Positions 9,298 through 18,558 of a stretch of 64,000 bases of DNA are shown here, piece after piece (position 1 is the first letter of the stretch; each line of letters starts with the position of its first letter). The position numbers and the translations under genes are program-made. This stretch comes from Candidatus Lutacidiplasmatales archaeon (lineage in GTDB: Archaea > Thermoplasmatota > Thermoplasmata > Lutacidiplasmatales > UBA184). The DNA is taken from NCBI GenBank assembly GCA_044451945.1, contig JBIOKR010000002.1, positions 4,411 to 68,410 on the forward strand, written 5' to 3'. The notes under the pieces are model-generated. The model was given only the letters and a program-made list of their open reading frames with translations. It searched no databases and was not told the origin of the DNA.

Positions 9298-10194
9298 TCA
9301 ACCCAGGCGGGCCCTCAGGCTCTCGATGTTCGCCCGGAATCGGGAAGGACGGGCCCACGAAGCGTATTCGGTCGGCATCTCGGGCGTCCCGGGGCCTTGG
9401 GCGAGCGCCCGGACGCTCCTGAGGTAGGCCGCCGTCTCCCGGCAGGCGTCGACCGTCGTGACGGGCCCGTGGCCCGGGACGATCTTCCGAGGCGCCGACT
9501 CCTCCATTCGTGCAAGGGCCGTCAGCCAACGATCGACATCCGACGACCCTAGGCTCGGATGGGATCCGACCGTGACGAGATCCCCCGCGAAGTAGACCTC
9601 GGAGTCCGGCACGAAGAGGATGGAGTCGCTCTCGCTGTGGCCCGCCCCTTCGACGAGCATCACGTCGTTCCCCCCGGGATAGACAAAGCGGTCGGTGAAG
9701 AACTCGTCCGGCGGCCGCAGGTTGACCAGGTCGCGCGCGTCGGAGAGATCCCGGCGCGCCGCCGCCTCCTCCTCGAGCTCCTGACGCTCGAGGGGACGCT
9801 GCTCCTCCAGGGCGCGCCGGGCGAGCTGCGCTGTCCCCTGCGACCAGGAGGGGTCGCTGACGGCCGCAGGGATCGACGACCCGCGAGCCACCAGGAGGTC
9901 GTGGGTTCGGCGCGTGCTGCGGATCGTGCACCCGCCGAACACCCGGTTCCCTAGCGTGTGATCGAAGTGCCAGTGGCTGTTCGCCACCTCGAGGGGTTCC
10001 TTTCCGGAGAGGATGCGGGCCGCCACCCGAAGATCCTTGGCGGCCCTCGGGGTCTGGGACGTATCGAAGACCAGGCAGGCCCTCCCCAGGTCGACAATGC
10101 CGCTGTTGCTCATCGCGCTGGAGCCGGCGAGCGGGATCGCGGCCCACACGCCCTCCGCCACCTTCTCGAACCGGTAGACGTCGGAGCGGTGCAT
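9298..10194 (-). CDS. MBL-fold metallo-hydrolase
   Basis: HWHFDH metal-binding motif and a downstream GHG. Start taken at MHRSDVYRF; the ORF extends to 10347 through a low-complexity G/R/P-rich stretch that is probably non-coding. Confidence 0.7.
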   Translation of the reverse strand: MHRSDVYRFEKVAEGVWAAIPLAGSSAMSNSGIVDLGRACLVFDTSQTPRAAKDLRVAARILSGKEPLEVANSHWHFDHTLGNRVFGGCTIRSTRRTHDLLVARGSSIPAAVSDPSWSQGTAQLARRALEEQRPLERQELEEEAAARRDLSDARDLVNLRPPDEFFTDRFVYPGGNDVMLVEGAGHSESDSILFVPDSEVYFAGDLVTVGSHPSLGSSDVDRWLTALARMEESAPRKIVPGHGPVTTVDACRETAAYLRSVRALAQGPGTPEMPTEYASWARPSRFRANIESLRARLG

Positions 10195-10399
10195 CGTGCT
10201 GGTTTCAGCAGTACCCGGCCCCTCGTCTCCCTTGCGGGGGTCCGTGAATCTCGATCCCCGCCCAAGAGGCGGCCTGCGGGAGAGCTGTCCACGGGTACCC
10301 TGGCCCCACCGGCTTCCCCAGCGAACCGGATCCCCTGCGGTGGTCACTACCTTCCACGCGCGGACCGCAGGGTAGTGTGGCCCCCGAACCCCTTCATTG

Positions 10400-10460
10400 T
10401 CTATAGTGGCGCATGTTACTATATACTAACCGGCTGGCCTGCTTAACTACCATATATGCC
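10400..10460. promoter_or_regulatory. AT-rich divergent promoter region with two TATA-like boxes (tactatatact; accatatatg) between the MBL hydrolase and AbrB-PhoU genes
   Basis: Local AT-rich island in a 68% GC background. A TATA box lies about 40 nt upstream of the ATG at 10493. Confidence 0.45.
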
Positions 10461-10492
10461 TCTGAATCGCGCTCCGAATTACGGGAATACCC

Positions 10493-11509
10493 ATGGAGGG
10501 TCGAAAGCTGCAATTGGCGGGAGGTTCGACGTACGTCATCTCGCTGCCCAAACGCTGGGTGACGCACGCCGGGCTCAAGGCGGGCGACACCCTGTTCGTC
10601 GACACCGAGGCGGACGGGGCGATCTCGGTCCGCTCGCAGGCCGCCACGAAACCGGCGGTCCGTCGCAAGGTCTTCGAGGAGAAGGGCGAGGAGGCCCGGG
10701 AGCACCTCCTTCGCAAGCTGATCGGGGCGTACATCTCGGGGTACGGGCTTATCGAGATCCGTTTCTCGGCCGACAGAGGCCCGTTCGTCCGCCGTGTCTC
10801 CCGGGACTTCTGCCGCCTCGTGGTGGGGCCCGAGGTCGTCGAGGAAGGGCCGAACGCCCTCCTGATCCAGGACCTCTCCGATTCCTCCGAGCTCAGCACG
10901 GAGAAGTGTCTGCGCCGGATGCACCTCGTGGTCCGCGCCATGCTCGACGACGCGATCGTCGCGCTGCGGACGGGCCGCGCGGCGCTCGCCCACGACGTGG
11001 TCCAACGGGACCAGGACGTCGACCGCCTCTACTGGATGGTCGCCAAGCAGTACCACCTCACGCACACCGCCCCCGGGCGGGCGACCGACGGGGAGGCCGT
11101 GGCGGCGATCCACGCCCACCGGCTCGTCGCGAAACTGCTCGAGCGGATCGGCGACCACGCCGAGCGCATCGCGGGCACGTTCTCGACGATTGTCGAAGGA
11201 AAGGTGATCGATTCGAAGCTCGGAAAGGACCTGGAGGAGGCGAACGCCTCTGCGATCGCCATTCTCGACAAGGCGTTCCGGGCCCTCGTGACGGGGAACA
11301 TCGACCTCGCCAACGAGGCGATCGACGCCCGGGGCCCGCACCAGAAGCTCATAGACACGCTCTCGCACCGGGTCGCGACCCGCAAGGGCGAGGAGCTGCT
11401 CGCCCTGGGAGCGGTCGTCGACAGCCTCGGACGGACCGCGAGCTATGCCACCGACATCGCCGAGCAAGCGATCAATCTCGCCGTCCTTCAGGACGGAAAG
11501 CCGTCGTAG
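10493..11509 (+). CDS. AbrB/SpoVT-PhoU fusion regulator, paralog 2
   Basis: N-terminal LQLAGGSTYVISLPKRWV (AbrB swapped hairpin), followed by PhoU repeats. TATA-like 'accatatatg' sits about 40 nt upstream. Confidence 0.8.
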   Translation: MEGRKLQLAGGSTYVISLPKRWVTHAGLKAGDTLFVDTEADGAISVRSQAATKPAVRRKVFEEKGEEAREHLLRKLIGAYISGYGLIEIRFSADRGPFVRRVSRDFCRLVVGPEVVEEGPNALLIQDLSDSSELSTEKCLRRMHLVVRAMLDDAIVALRTGRAALAHDVVQRDQDVDRLYWMVAKQYHLTHTAPGRATDGEAVAAIHAHRLVAKLLERIGDHAERIAGTFSTIVEGKVIDSKLGKDLEEANASAIAILDKAFRALVTGNIDLANEAIDARGPHQKLIDTLSHRVATRKGEELLALGAVVDSLGRTASYATDIAEQAINLAVLQDGKPS

Positions 11510-11519
11510 CGCCCGGGGA

Positions 11520-12536
11520 TCAACGCGGGGACGCTTTCGCCCGGATCTCCGGGGTCGCCGGAAGTGAGGCGAGGCTCGGGGGGGCCTGGGGGAGAATCTT
11601 CGGTACGGCGCCCGAAGTGTCGAGCGTCGTCGTGGGGGGTATCGCCGCAGCGACCGTATCGGCGTCCACCCGGTAGGCGCGGTGCTCCACCGCGTATTCG
11701 AGCGCCCGGTCGGCGAGCTCCACGAGGCGTCTCGGGTTGGCCTGAGCGGCCGAGTTCAGCGCCGCCGCCGCATCCCGGTCGTACGGATAGAGCGGGTCGA
11801 GGTTCTGCACGATCCGCTTGGCGAGCAACTTCTTGGCGAGGAGGAGTGCCGCCTCGTCGATCGACAGGGTCGGCAGGAGGAACGTCCGGTTGATCCGGGA
11901 GCTGAGCGCCGGGTAGTTCGCGCCGAGCGTGACGAGAAAGCTCGGGGTGCAGCCGAACATCACGAGCGCCCCGGGCTTGAGCTCATCGCCGAGCTCCTGC
12001 AGGGCCTTGACGAACAGGTCGGAGTCCGGCATCTTCGCGACGTTCTGGAGATCGTTCAGGAGGAGGAACGACGGCGCGTTCATGTTGAGGGCGGCCGCGA
12101 GGACGTGCCCGGCCTGCCCCGGGTCGTACTTGCCGTCCTTCGACTTCTCGAGGGCGGTCAGCTGACGGTACCACGCCGGGGGGTTGAAGATCTTCGCGAA
12201 CCCCTTGAGATTCTTCGCGGCTTGGAACTCGTGGGCCAGGAGGGGCATGGTCAGGCCGGCTTTCTCGGGGACGTCCAGGTAGACGCAGTAGGCGCCCCGG
12301 TCCTTCGCCTGCGCCTGGGCGAGCCGAAGGCGGTGGGTCTTGCCGGTCCCCAGGCTGCCCACCAGCGCCACCAGGGCCTTGTTCTCCTTCTCGAGGACCT
12401 CGTCCTTGATGGTGTTGAGCGACTCGTCGATCTGAAGGTCGACGTGGAAGACCTCGATGTCCTCGAGGCTGTCGCTCGTCAGGTCTCGGAACGGGTTTCC
12501 CGTGAGACCGTATCGCTCGTACGAACCGCCCGGCAT
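11520..12536 (-). CDS. P-loop NTPase (AAA+-like), function unknown, in operon with the KaiC/FlaH-like gene
   Basis: Walker A GSLGTGKT and Walker-B-like LLLNDL. It lies 14 nt downstream of 12551..13180 on the same strand. Confidence 0.55.
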   Translation of the reverse strand: MPGGSYERYGLTGNPFRDLTSDSLEDIEVFHVDLQIDESLNTIKDEVLEKENKALVALVGSLGTGKTHRLRLAQAQAKDRGAYCVYLDVPEKAGLTMPLLAHEFQAAKNLKGFAKIFNPPAWYRQLTALEKSKDGKYDPGQAGHVLAAALNMNAPSFLLLNDLQNVAKMPDSDLFVKALQELGDELKPGALVMFGCTPSFLVTLGANYPALSSRINRTFLLPTLSIDEAALLLAKKLLAKRIVQNLDPLYPYDRDAAAALNSAAQANPRRLVELADRALEYAVEHRAYRVDADTVAAAIPPTTTLDTSGAVPKILPQAPPSLASLPATPEIRAKASPR

Positions 12537-12550
12537 CGAACCACCCGGAC

Positions 12551-13180
12551 CTACAGCACGCGCCGCCGCAGGTCCATCGCCATCCGTGTGCCATCAAAGT
12601 CATAATACACATTTCGGTCGACGAACTGCCCGTCGATCCATTTGGGAATTCGCAGGAAGCGGACGAGCCCCTCGGGCCCCTCCTTCGAGTGGAACTGGAC
12701 CACCCCATCCGAGAGATGGTTGGTCACCGCCTCGGCCCCGGGAGTGTGGATCCCGCGGTCCGTGGCGAGGAGCACCGTGGTCCCGTGCTCCCGGCAGAGG
12801 CCGCGCAGCCTCCGCATGAGACCGGCGAGGTCGGGCGTCTCGAGCTCGAGCGTGAGCATGGTGAACGAATCGAGCGCGAGGACGCCGTCCGAGCCAGCGA
12901 ACCCCTTGAGGTCGCGCAGCTCGTCGCGCTCCGAGATGTTCAGGCGCTGTGCCGCGTCGCCCGAGGGAACGCCCTCCCGCCGGAAGAGCGCCTCGACCTC
13001 GTCCCGCCCGCGGGTGGTGACGAACGAGACGCCCCCGTCCTGCCGCAGCGCGCTCAGGCAGAGCCTTCGCAGGAAGTAACTCTTGGCCGGATCCGGGCCG
13101 CTCTCGGCGACGAGCACCTGGCCCCCCCGGATCGTGGGGATGAGCGTGTCGAGGCCCGGGAGGTCGATCGGGATGTCCAT
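12551..13180 (-). CDS. RecA-superfamily KaiC/FlaH(ArlH)-like protein with degenerate Walker A
   Basis: Layout matches FlaH/KaiC (LDTLIPTIRGGQVLVAESGPDPAKSYF...VLALDSF). The P-loop is ESGPDPAKS rather than GxxGxGKS. Confidence 0.55.
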   Translation of the reverse strand: MDIPIDLPGLDTLIPTIRGGQVLVAESGPDPAKSYFLRRLCLSALRQDGGVSFVTTRGRDEVEALFRREGVPSGDAAQRLNISERDELRDLKGFAGSDGVLALDSFTMLTLELETPDLAGLMRRLRGLCREHGTTVLLATDRGIHTPGAEAVTNHLSDGVVQFHSKEGPEGLVRFLRIPKWIDGQFVDRNVYYDFDGTRMAMDLRRRVL

Positions 13181-13297
13181 CCCCGCCCCACGGGGTCAGC
13201 CGAGCATAACGATGCTATCGGTACACTACGGAAATGCCCCCCCATCTACGGTATCTATAGGGGGAGCGCGTATCCATCCCCCAAGGCTCGCCCCGGC

Positions 13298-14134
13298 ATG
13301 CGCCCGGTCCGTTCGAACCGCCGCGGGCTCTCCGAGATCGTCGGAACGCTCTTTCTCGTCCTCATCGTCGTCGGGGCGGCGACCGCGTTCGCCGCCTTCG
13401 TAGCGGGCTACCAGAAGCAGCTCCAGGCGGAGCAGCAGGCCGCGCACGAGAGGGCCCTCGAATCGATCCGGGTCCTCCACCTCACCCCGACCCCGAACGG
13501 GACTTCCGGGACCTGGGGGTGGCTCAACTTCTCCCTGGCGAGCCTCGACGTCAATCCGATCATCGTGACGAGCATCTCCGTGAACGACAACCCTGTGGCC
13601 AAGTACAACGTGAGTGGCCTCAACCTCTCGACCGGTACCTTCTGGAGCCAGACCGTCCTGGCCGGCGGGTACCTCTCGCTCTACCCCCGCGAGGCGTTCT
13701 CGGTGAACGTCAGCACCGCGAAGGGGCCGGCCCGCTCCGGTTTCTACGACCCCAACCTCACACTTTCTACCTCGAGCTATCTCAAGGTCGAGCTGTTCAC
13801 CTACAACAGCAACGCGTTCACCCAGACGTTCATCCCGCCGTCCGCGGTCGCCTCGATCAACTACCTGCAGACGTACAACGGCACCAACATCACGAACATC
13901 CCGGTGCTCGATGGGAGCAGCTCGTTCCAGCCGGGCAACGCGACGCTCGTCGCCTGGATCTGGACGGTCCATGAGAGCGCCCCCTCCGTCAAAACCTGGG
14001 GGCTCTCCGGGGAGAAGGTCGAGATGAGCAACCTCACCCGGGGCGGCTCGTACACGGTCGGACTCACTGTCGCCAACTCCGACGGGCTGCTCGGCCTGCT
14101 CAACCCGGCGCTATCGTTCGTCTATTCCGGGTGA
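13298..14134 (+). CDS. Class III signal peptide (type IV pilin/FlaF-G-like) secreted protein
   Basis: N-terminus MRPVRSNRRGLSEIVGTLFLVLIVVGAATAFAAFVAG matches the archaeal prepilin-like processing region. A coiled segment and a sequon-rich beta-rich domain follow. Confidence 0.55.
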   Translation: MRPVRSNRRGLSEIVGTLFLVLIVVGAATAFAAFVAGYQKQLQAEQQAAHERALESIRVLHLTPTPNGTSGTWGWLNFSLASLDVNPIIVTSISVNDNPVAKYNVSGLNLSTGTFWSQTVLAGGYLSLYPREAFSVNVSTAKGPARSGFYDPNLTLSTSSYLKVELFTYNSNAFTQTFIPPSAVASINYLQTYNGTNITNIPVLDGSSSFQPGNATLVAWIWTVHESAPSVKTWGLSGEKVEMSNLTRGGSYTVGLTVANSDGLLGLLNPALSFVYSG

Positions 14135-14161
14135 GGAGTCTCCCGCCCCTTCCTTCGCCCC

Positions 14162-15595
14162 TCAGGCGAAGTAGAGGAAGGCAACGATCGTCACGATGAG
14201 AAGCACGATCGAGTGGGTGAGGCCGTACCGGGCCTTCCCCTCGGTGAACGCCCCGATGATGATTCCGGTGCCGATCGAGTTGATCATCATCAGGTCGAAG
14301 AATCGCTGCTCGAGGGTGCCGAACGCCAGCTTCGGGATCGCGGCGGTTCCGCCGCTCTTGATGGAGGAGAGGGGGTTCCCTCCACCCCCCGAGAAGAAGG
14401 TGAGGCTGACGCCCCCCAAGGAAGGGGCGATGCTGAGCAGCGAGAAGAGGACGGCCATGAGCACCCCGAAAGCCACGTAGAGGACGGCGATCGGAAGGAC
14501 GAGCGCGTTTCGGCGCTCGAGGTCGATCTTGATGAAATCGTCCAAGTCCTTCGCCGCCCGATGGATGACCGACGCGGTCTCGCCGCCGATCGTGGAGGCA
14601 TCGGCGATGAGCTCGGCGTAGCGCGTGATGAGCGGGCTCTTCATCGGCACCGCCATGTTGCGGAGCACCTGGTCGAACGGTCGTCCGATGCGGACCCCGT
14701 CGGCCGCCACCTTGAGCGGCTTCTTCAGGATGTCCTGGTGCGTGGTCGACAGCTCGAGCAGGGCCTTGGCCGGGTCGAGCCCGCCCCGCATGGCGTCCGC
14801 CATCTCGAACAGGAATTGGGCGAACGAGCGCTCAAAGGCCCGCAGCCGGGTGAGCTCCCGGTTCGAGTCGACGGTGAACGCCGTGATGGCCACGAAGAAG
14901 CCCGCGATGACGACGTACTCGGGCGCGAGCAGGGGGAGCCCCGGGGTGCGAAGGACGTAGGTGAGTCCAAAGAGGATGACGAACACCGCGATGATCAGCG
15001 GGACGACGAGGACGAGGTACTCCTTGTTGACCGGGTGCGTGGCGAAGTACTTGTAGAACGCGAACCGCCGGGTGCGCTTGATGTAGAGGATGTACCCGCC
15101 GAACGCCCCGAGGCAGACCACGGCGCCGAGCGCGATGTCGATGACCACGCCTTCGAGGTTGAAGGAGAGCAGTGGACCCGAGGAGGAGCCCCCTGCGACG
15201 GTCGCGAACCCGAAAGAGATCTCGTTCGTGTGTCCGCTCGTGTCCGAGACGCTGATGTTGACGGTGTTGTTCCCGGAGCGCAGCTTGAAGATCGACGGGA
15301 CCTGGTAGGAGAGCTCCTTCGCCGAGATCCGCACGCCGTCGAAGCTCGTGACGTTCACGCCGTTGACGACGATGAAGACGCTCCCGGGATCGATGGTGCC
15401 GTTCGCATCGGAGTAGGTCACCGTGATGTTCGGCGTGAGGGTGTCGATCTGGGACCCGGGCAACGGGGAACTCGGCGTGATCGTGATCGGATTGGCGCTC
15501 GACTGCGCACCCCCCCCGGCGGCGATCGGTCCGGCGAGGAGGAGCCCCAGCGCAGCGATCAGCAGGAGGCTCGCGAGCTTCCTCACCGCGCTCAC
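14162..15595 (-). CDS. FlaJ/TadC-like polytopic membrane protein (T2SS-F domain) with an N-terminal signal peptide and ~150-aa extracellular domain
   Basis: Signal peptide LLIAALGLLLAGPIAAGG, then a sequon-rich soluble domain, then TM helices and a T2SSF-like region. Its start overlaps the upstream TadB-like gene by 4 nt. Confidence 0.6.
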   Translation of the reverse strand: MSAVRKLASLLLIAALGLLLAGPIAAGGGAQSSANPITITPSSPLPGSQIDTLTPNITVTYSDANGTIDPGSVFIVVNGVNVTSFDGVRISAKELSYQVPSIFKLRSGNNTVNISVSDTSGHTNEISFGFATVAGGSSSGPLLSFNLEGVVIDIALGAVVCLGAFGGYILYIKRTRRFAFYKYFATHPVNKEYLVLVVPLIIAVFVILFGLTYVLRTPGLPLLAPEYVVIAGFFVAITAFTVDSNRELTRLRAFERSFAQFLFEMADAMRGGLDPAKALLELSTTHQDILKKPLKVAADGVRIGRPFDQVLRNMAVPMKSPLITRYAELIADASTIGGETASVIHRAAKDLDDFIKIDLERRNALVLPIAVLYVAFGVLMAVLFSLLSIAPSLGGVSLTFFSGGGGNPLSSIKSGGTAAIPKLAFGTLEQRFFDLMMINSIGTGIIIGAFTEGKARYGLTHSIVLLIVTIVAFLYFA

Positions 15596-16548
15596 TCCGC
15601 CCTTCCGTAGGCCATCGAGATCGCGATCGAGGTCGCCGCCACGGCGGCCGGCATGAGACCGTACGTGAGGAGCAGGAGGAGCTCGTTCGCGTCGAGGCCG
15701 GCGGCCGTGCTCCCGAATGCGTTCAAGAGGAACGCCGCGACGGCGATCATCAGGACGCCGACCATCACGAGGCTCACGTACATGTCGACGAACGTCTGCA
15801 GGCGGACGATGAACTCCTTCTGGGCGTCGCGCTTGAGCTTGAGGACGTCCCCGGACTTGGTGCGCAGGTACTCGTCGAGGTCGCCCCCCTGGTGGATCAT
15901 GTTGGCGAGGTCCCAGAGCGATTCTCGAAGGGACGGGGAGGGGGACTCCTTCGCCGTCTCGGCGAGCGCGGTGATGAGGTCCTTTCCCTGGATGTCCGTC
16001 TTGTAGACGATCCGCTTGAACTCCCCGGTCATCTGCGGATCGTGGCGGCGGTTGGCCATCCGACGGACAAGCTCGATCGGGGACATGCCGGTGCTCGCCA
16101 GTACGGACAGCTCGCTCAGCGTGAACGGGAGCTCGCGCTCGAGCTGCGTCTTCCGGTTCGCGATGCGGGTGCTGACGATCGACTGGAAGGCGAGGAGCGT
16201 CGCACCGACGCCGACCAGGGTGATCAGCGCGACGTAGCCGTACCAGAAGGAGACGTGGATGAGGACGGTGAACAGGAAGAGCCCGACCGCCAATACGCCG
16301 ATCCCGGCGATCATCGCCGTGATCAGCATCTCGGCGTAGTGGAGGCCGACGGAGATGTTCACCCCGGCCTGCTTGAGCTGCTCGGCGAGCGATTCCGATT
16401 TGATGCGCTTGTCGAGGCGGTCACCTAGGAGCCGGTAGCAAAAGGCGCGGTACGCCTTGACGAACTGGTCCTCGGAGGGGACCTTCGGCTTGGCGATCGT
16501 GGTCCCGGTCGAACTGACCGCTCCGGAGGCTTCGGCGGGCTCGTACAC
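15592..16548 (-). CDS. FlaJ/TadB-like membrane protein (T2SS-F domain), first half of a split PilC/FlaJ
   Basis: Cytoplasmic helical domain plus TM segments typical of GspF/TadB. Starts 7 nt after the ATPase gene. Confidence 0.6.
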   Translation of the reverse strand: MYEPAEASGAVSSTGTTIAKPKVPSEDQFVKAYRAFCYRLLGDRLDKRIKSESLAEQLKQAGVNISVGLHYAEMLITAMIAGIGVLAVGLFLFTVLIHVSFWYGYVALITLVGVGATLLAFQSIVSTRIANRKTQLERELPFTLSELSVLASTGMSPIELVRRMANRRHDPQMTGEFKRIVYKTDIQGKDLITALAETAKESPSPSLRESLWDLANMIHQGGDLDEYLRTKSGDVLKLKRDAQKEFIVRLQTFVDMYVSLVMVGVLMIAVAAFLLNAFGSTAAGLDANELLLLLTYGLMPAAVAATSIAISMAYGRAE

Positions 16549-16554
16549 GCTCCC

Positions 16555-18378
16555 TCAACTGGCCGCGACCCGGTGCTCCAGGTCGCGAATCGCCCCGGCG
16601 GAATCGATGTAGTAAGAGGCGATCGCGCGGCTCACCTCCTTGAAGTACGAAAGATTCAGCTGGTTCATGAGCTCCAGATAGTGGGCCTTACCGTCCATCG
16701 ATTCCCTGAGCTCGGTGGCAGTGCGCCCCGAGGCCTTGGCGACCTTCTCGAGGACGAAGCTGCGGCCGAGCCAGTCGAACGCGTCCCGGACCGGGTCCCA
16801 CCGGAACACCTCGTTCGTCAGGAGCTCGTTCGTCGCCGCGTCGACCTCGAGGACCTCGGTGATCGTGGTGACGCGACGCACCCGGAGGTCCCGGATCGCC
16901 ACCTGGGCGGGGAAGGCGACCGTGTCCAGGGCCTGGAAGAGGACCCGGGGGATGTTCATCGGCTCGTTTTCCACCCGGTGAAGAAGCTCGCCGATCGAGC
17001 CCGCGTGCACGGTCGACATCGACGCGTGGCCCACCGAGATCGCCTGGAAAAGTGTGAACGCCTCCGCGCCCCGGACCTCTCCCACGATCACGTACTCCGG
17101 GCGCTGGCGCAGCGCGGCCACCAGAAGGTCGAACAGGGTGACGCTGCCCGGGGCCTTGAGCGCCGAGGCGCGGCCCGTGATCCCCGAGACACCGGAAGCG
17201 CCGGCGCCCATGCCGTAACCCGACCGGGCGATCGACTGGATCCAGTTCTCATGGTCGATGTGGATCTCCGGGGTGTCCTCGATCGAGACGATCTTGTCCT
17301 CCGGCCGGATGAACATGCTGATGGCGTTCAGGAGCGTCGTCTTGCCGCTCGCCGTTCCCCCCGAGATCAGGATGGAGCGGTGATTCTCGATGAGCGTCCA
17401 GAAGTAGGCGAGCTGCGCGGGGGACATCGAGCCGAAGCGCATCAGGTCGATCGGGGAGACCGGGTCTTGGGCAAACTTCCGGATGCTGAAGGTGGAGCCC
17501 TTGCGCGTCACCTCCGTCCCGAGGGTCAGGTTGACGCGGCTTCCGTCACGCAGCGTCGCGTCAAGGATCGGCTGGTAGATCGATACGTGCTTCCCTGAGA
17601 TCTGGGCGAGCCTCAGTACGTACTTGTTGAGCTCGAACTCGCTTCCGTACTGTACATTGGAACGAATAGAGCCGAAGACCCGGTGAAAGACGTAGAGCGG
17701 CACCTCGGGCCCGAGGCAGCTGATATCCTCGAGGAACGGGTCACGCATCACCGCGTCCGCCCGTCCCATCCCGACGAAATCGCGTTGGAGGTAGTACATC
17801 ATCACCGGGCGCCGACGCGGCGCCACGTCGATGTCGTAGAGGTCGAGGACGGTGAGGAACCGGCTGTCCAGGTACTTCCGAAGCTCCGGGGACTGGTCGA
17901 GCCCGATGCGCCCGACGACGGGGAGCTCCTCCTGCCCCATGATCACCTCCATCTTGTCCCGGATGGCCGAGATTTTGGCGGACTCGCCCTCGTGGAGCGT
18001 CGGTTCGAGGCAGGTGTACATCCACTCTTCCGAATCGGTATCGAAAGCGATGTGCACGAAGGCGTACGGCGGATTGACCGGATAGGTGACGTTCACCTTC
18101 CGACGGTCGCCCAGAAGTTGCCTACGCATGTAGCCGATCTCGGAGGCGACCAGTACCTTCTCCGAGAGCAACGGCCGCCGGGTGTAGAGGGCGTCGAGCT
18201 TCGCCGATTCCTGTAGCAGCGTGGCCCGGTCCTTCGGCAGGAGCTTGCGGCGCACCGAACGGGCTAAGGCGAGGGGGGAGCCCGTCGAACGATGCCCAAT
18301 TGACGCCTTCGAATCGGCACTCCCGGCCACGTCGCCGAGATACCGGAACGCTCGGTTAAGCGGACCCCACGGAATCAC
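16555..18378 (-). CDS. FlaI/PilB/GspE-family secretion ATPase (607 aa)
   Basis: Walker A GGTASGKTT, Asp box VSIEDTPEI, Walker B/His box ...PEYVIVGEVRGAEAF...VGHASMSTVHA. A Gly/Ser-rich insertion (SGYGMGAGASGVSGITGRASALKAPGS) precedes the TLFDLL helix. Confidence 0.85.
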   Translation of the reverse strand: MIPWGPLNRAFRYLGDVAGSADSKASIGHRSTGSPLALARSVRRKLLPKDRATLLQESAKLDALYTRRPLLSEKVLVASEIGYMRRQLLGDRRKVNVTYPVNPPYAFVHIAFDTDSEEWMYTCLEPTLHEGESAKISAIRDKMEVIMGQEELPVVGRIGLDQSPELRKYLDSRFLTVLDLYDIDVAPRRRPVMMYYLQRDFVGMGRADAVMRDPFLEDISCLGPEVPLYVFHRVFGSIRSNVQYGSEFELNKYVLRLAQISGKHVSIYQPILDATLRDGSRVNLTLGTEVTRKGSTFSIRKFAQDPVSPIDLMRFGSMSPAQLAYFWTLIENHRSILISGGTASGKTTLLNAISMFIRPEDKIVSIEDTPEIHIDHENWIQSIARSGYGMGAGASGVSGITGRASALKAPGSVTLFDLLVAALRQRPEYVIVGEVRGAEAFTLFQAISVGHASMSTVHAGSIGELLHRVENEPMNIPRVLFQALDTVAFPAQVAIRDLRVRRVTTITEVLEVDAATNELLTNEVFRWDPVRDAFDWLGRSFVLEKVAKASGRTATELRESMDGKAHYLELMNQLNLSYFKEVSRAIASYYIDSAGAIRDLEHRVAAS

Positions 18379-18558
18379 CGTATTGTCCGTAGCGCACCGT
18401 CCGCGCCGGTTTCCTACGTTGGCCGGACGGCCGTCTACGGCTACTTCGCCGGCTTACCGTTTCTCTTTCGACCCGGGTTATGGGCGACGGGGCGCCTCCC
18501 CCACCGTGGCGCCGCGAGGCGCCGCGAACAGCGAAGGAAGAAGGAGGAAGGAGAGAGA

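Noticed and set aside
9071-11467. Minus ORFs 9071..10147 and 10394..11467, plus ORF 10456..11676
   Set aside because: Antisense or alternative frames of the MBL hydrolase and AbrB-PhoU paralog 2.
11682-12708. Plus-strand ORF 11682..12605 and minus ORF 11983..12708
   Set aside because: Antisense or alternative frame of the P-loop ATPase gene; no motifs.
13298-14134. Calling the pilin-like gene an archaellin (flaB)
   Set aside because: It lacks the archaellin-specific conserved N-terminal core (…GQVGIGTLIVFIAMV…) and the locus lacks the flaC-G set. Kept as a generic class III signal protein.
14213-17598. Plus-strand ORFs 14213..15610 and 16573..17598
   Set aside because: Antisense to the FlaJ-like and FlaI-like genes; Asp/Arg/Glu-rich artefacts.
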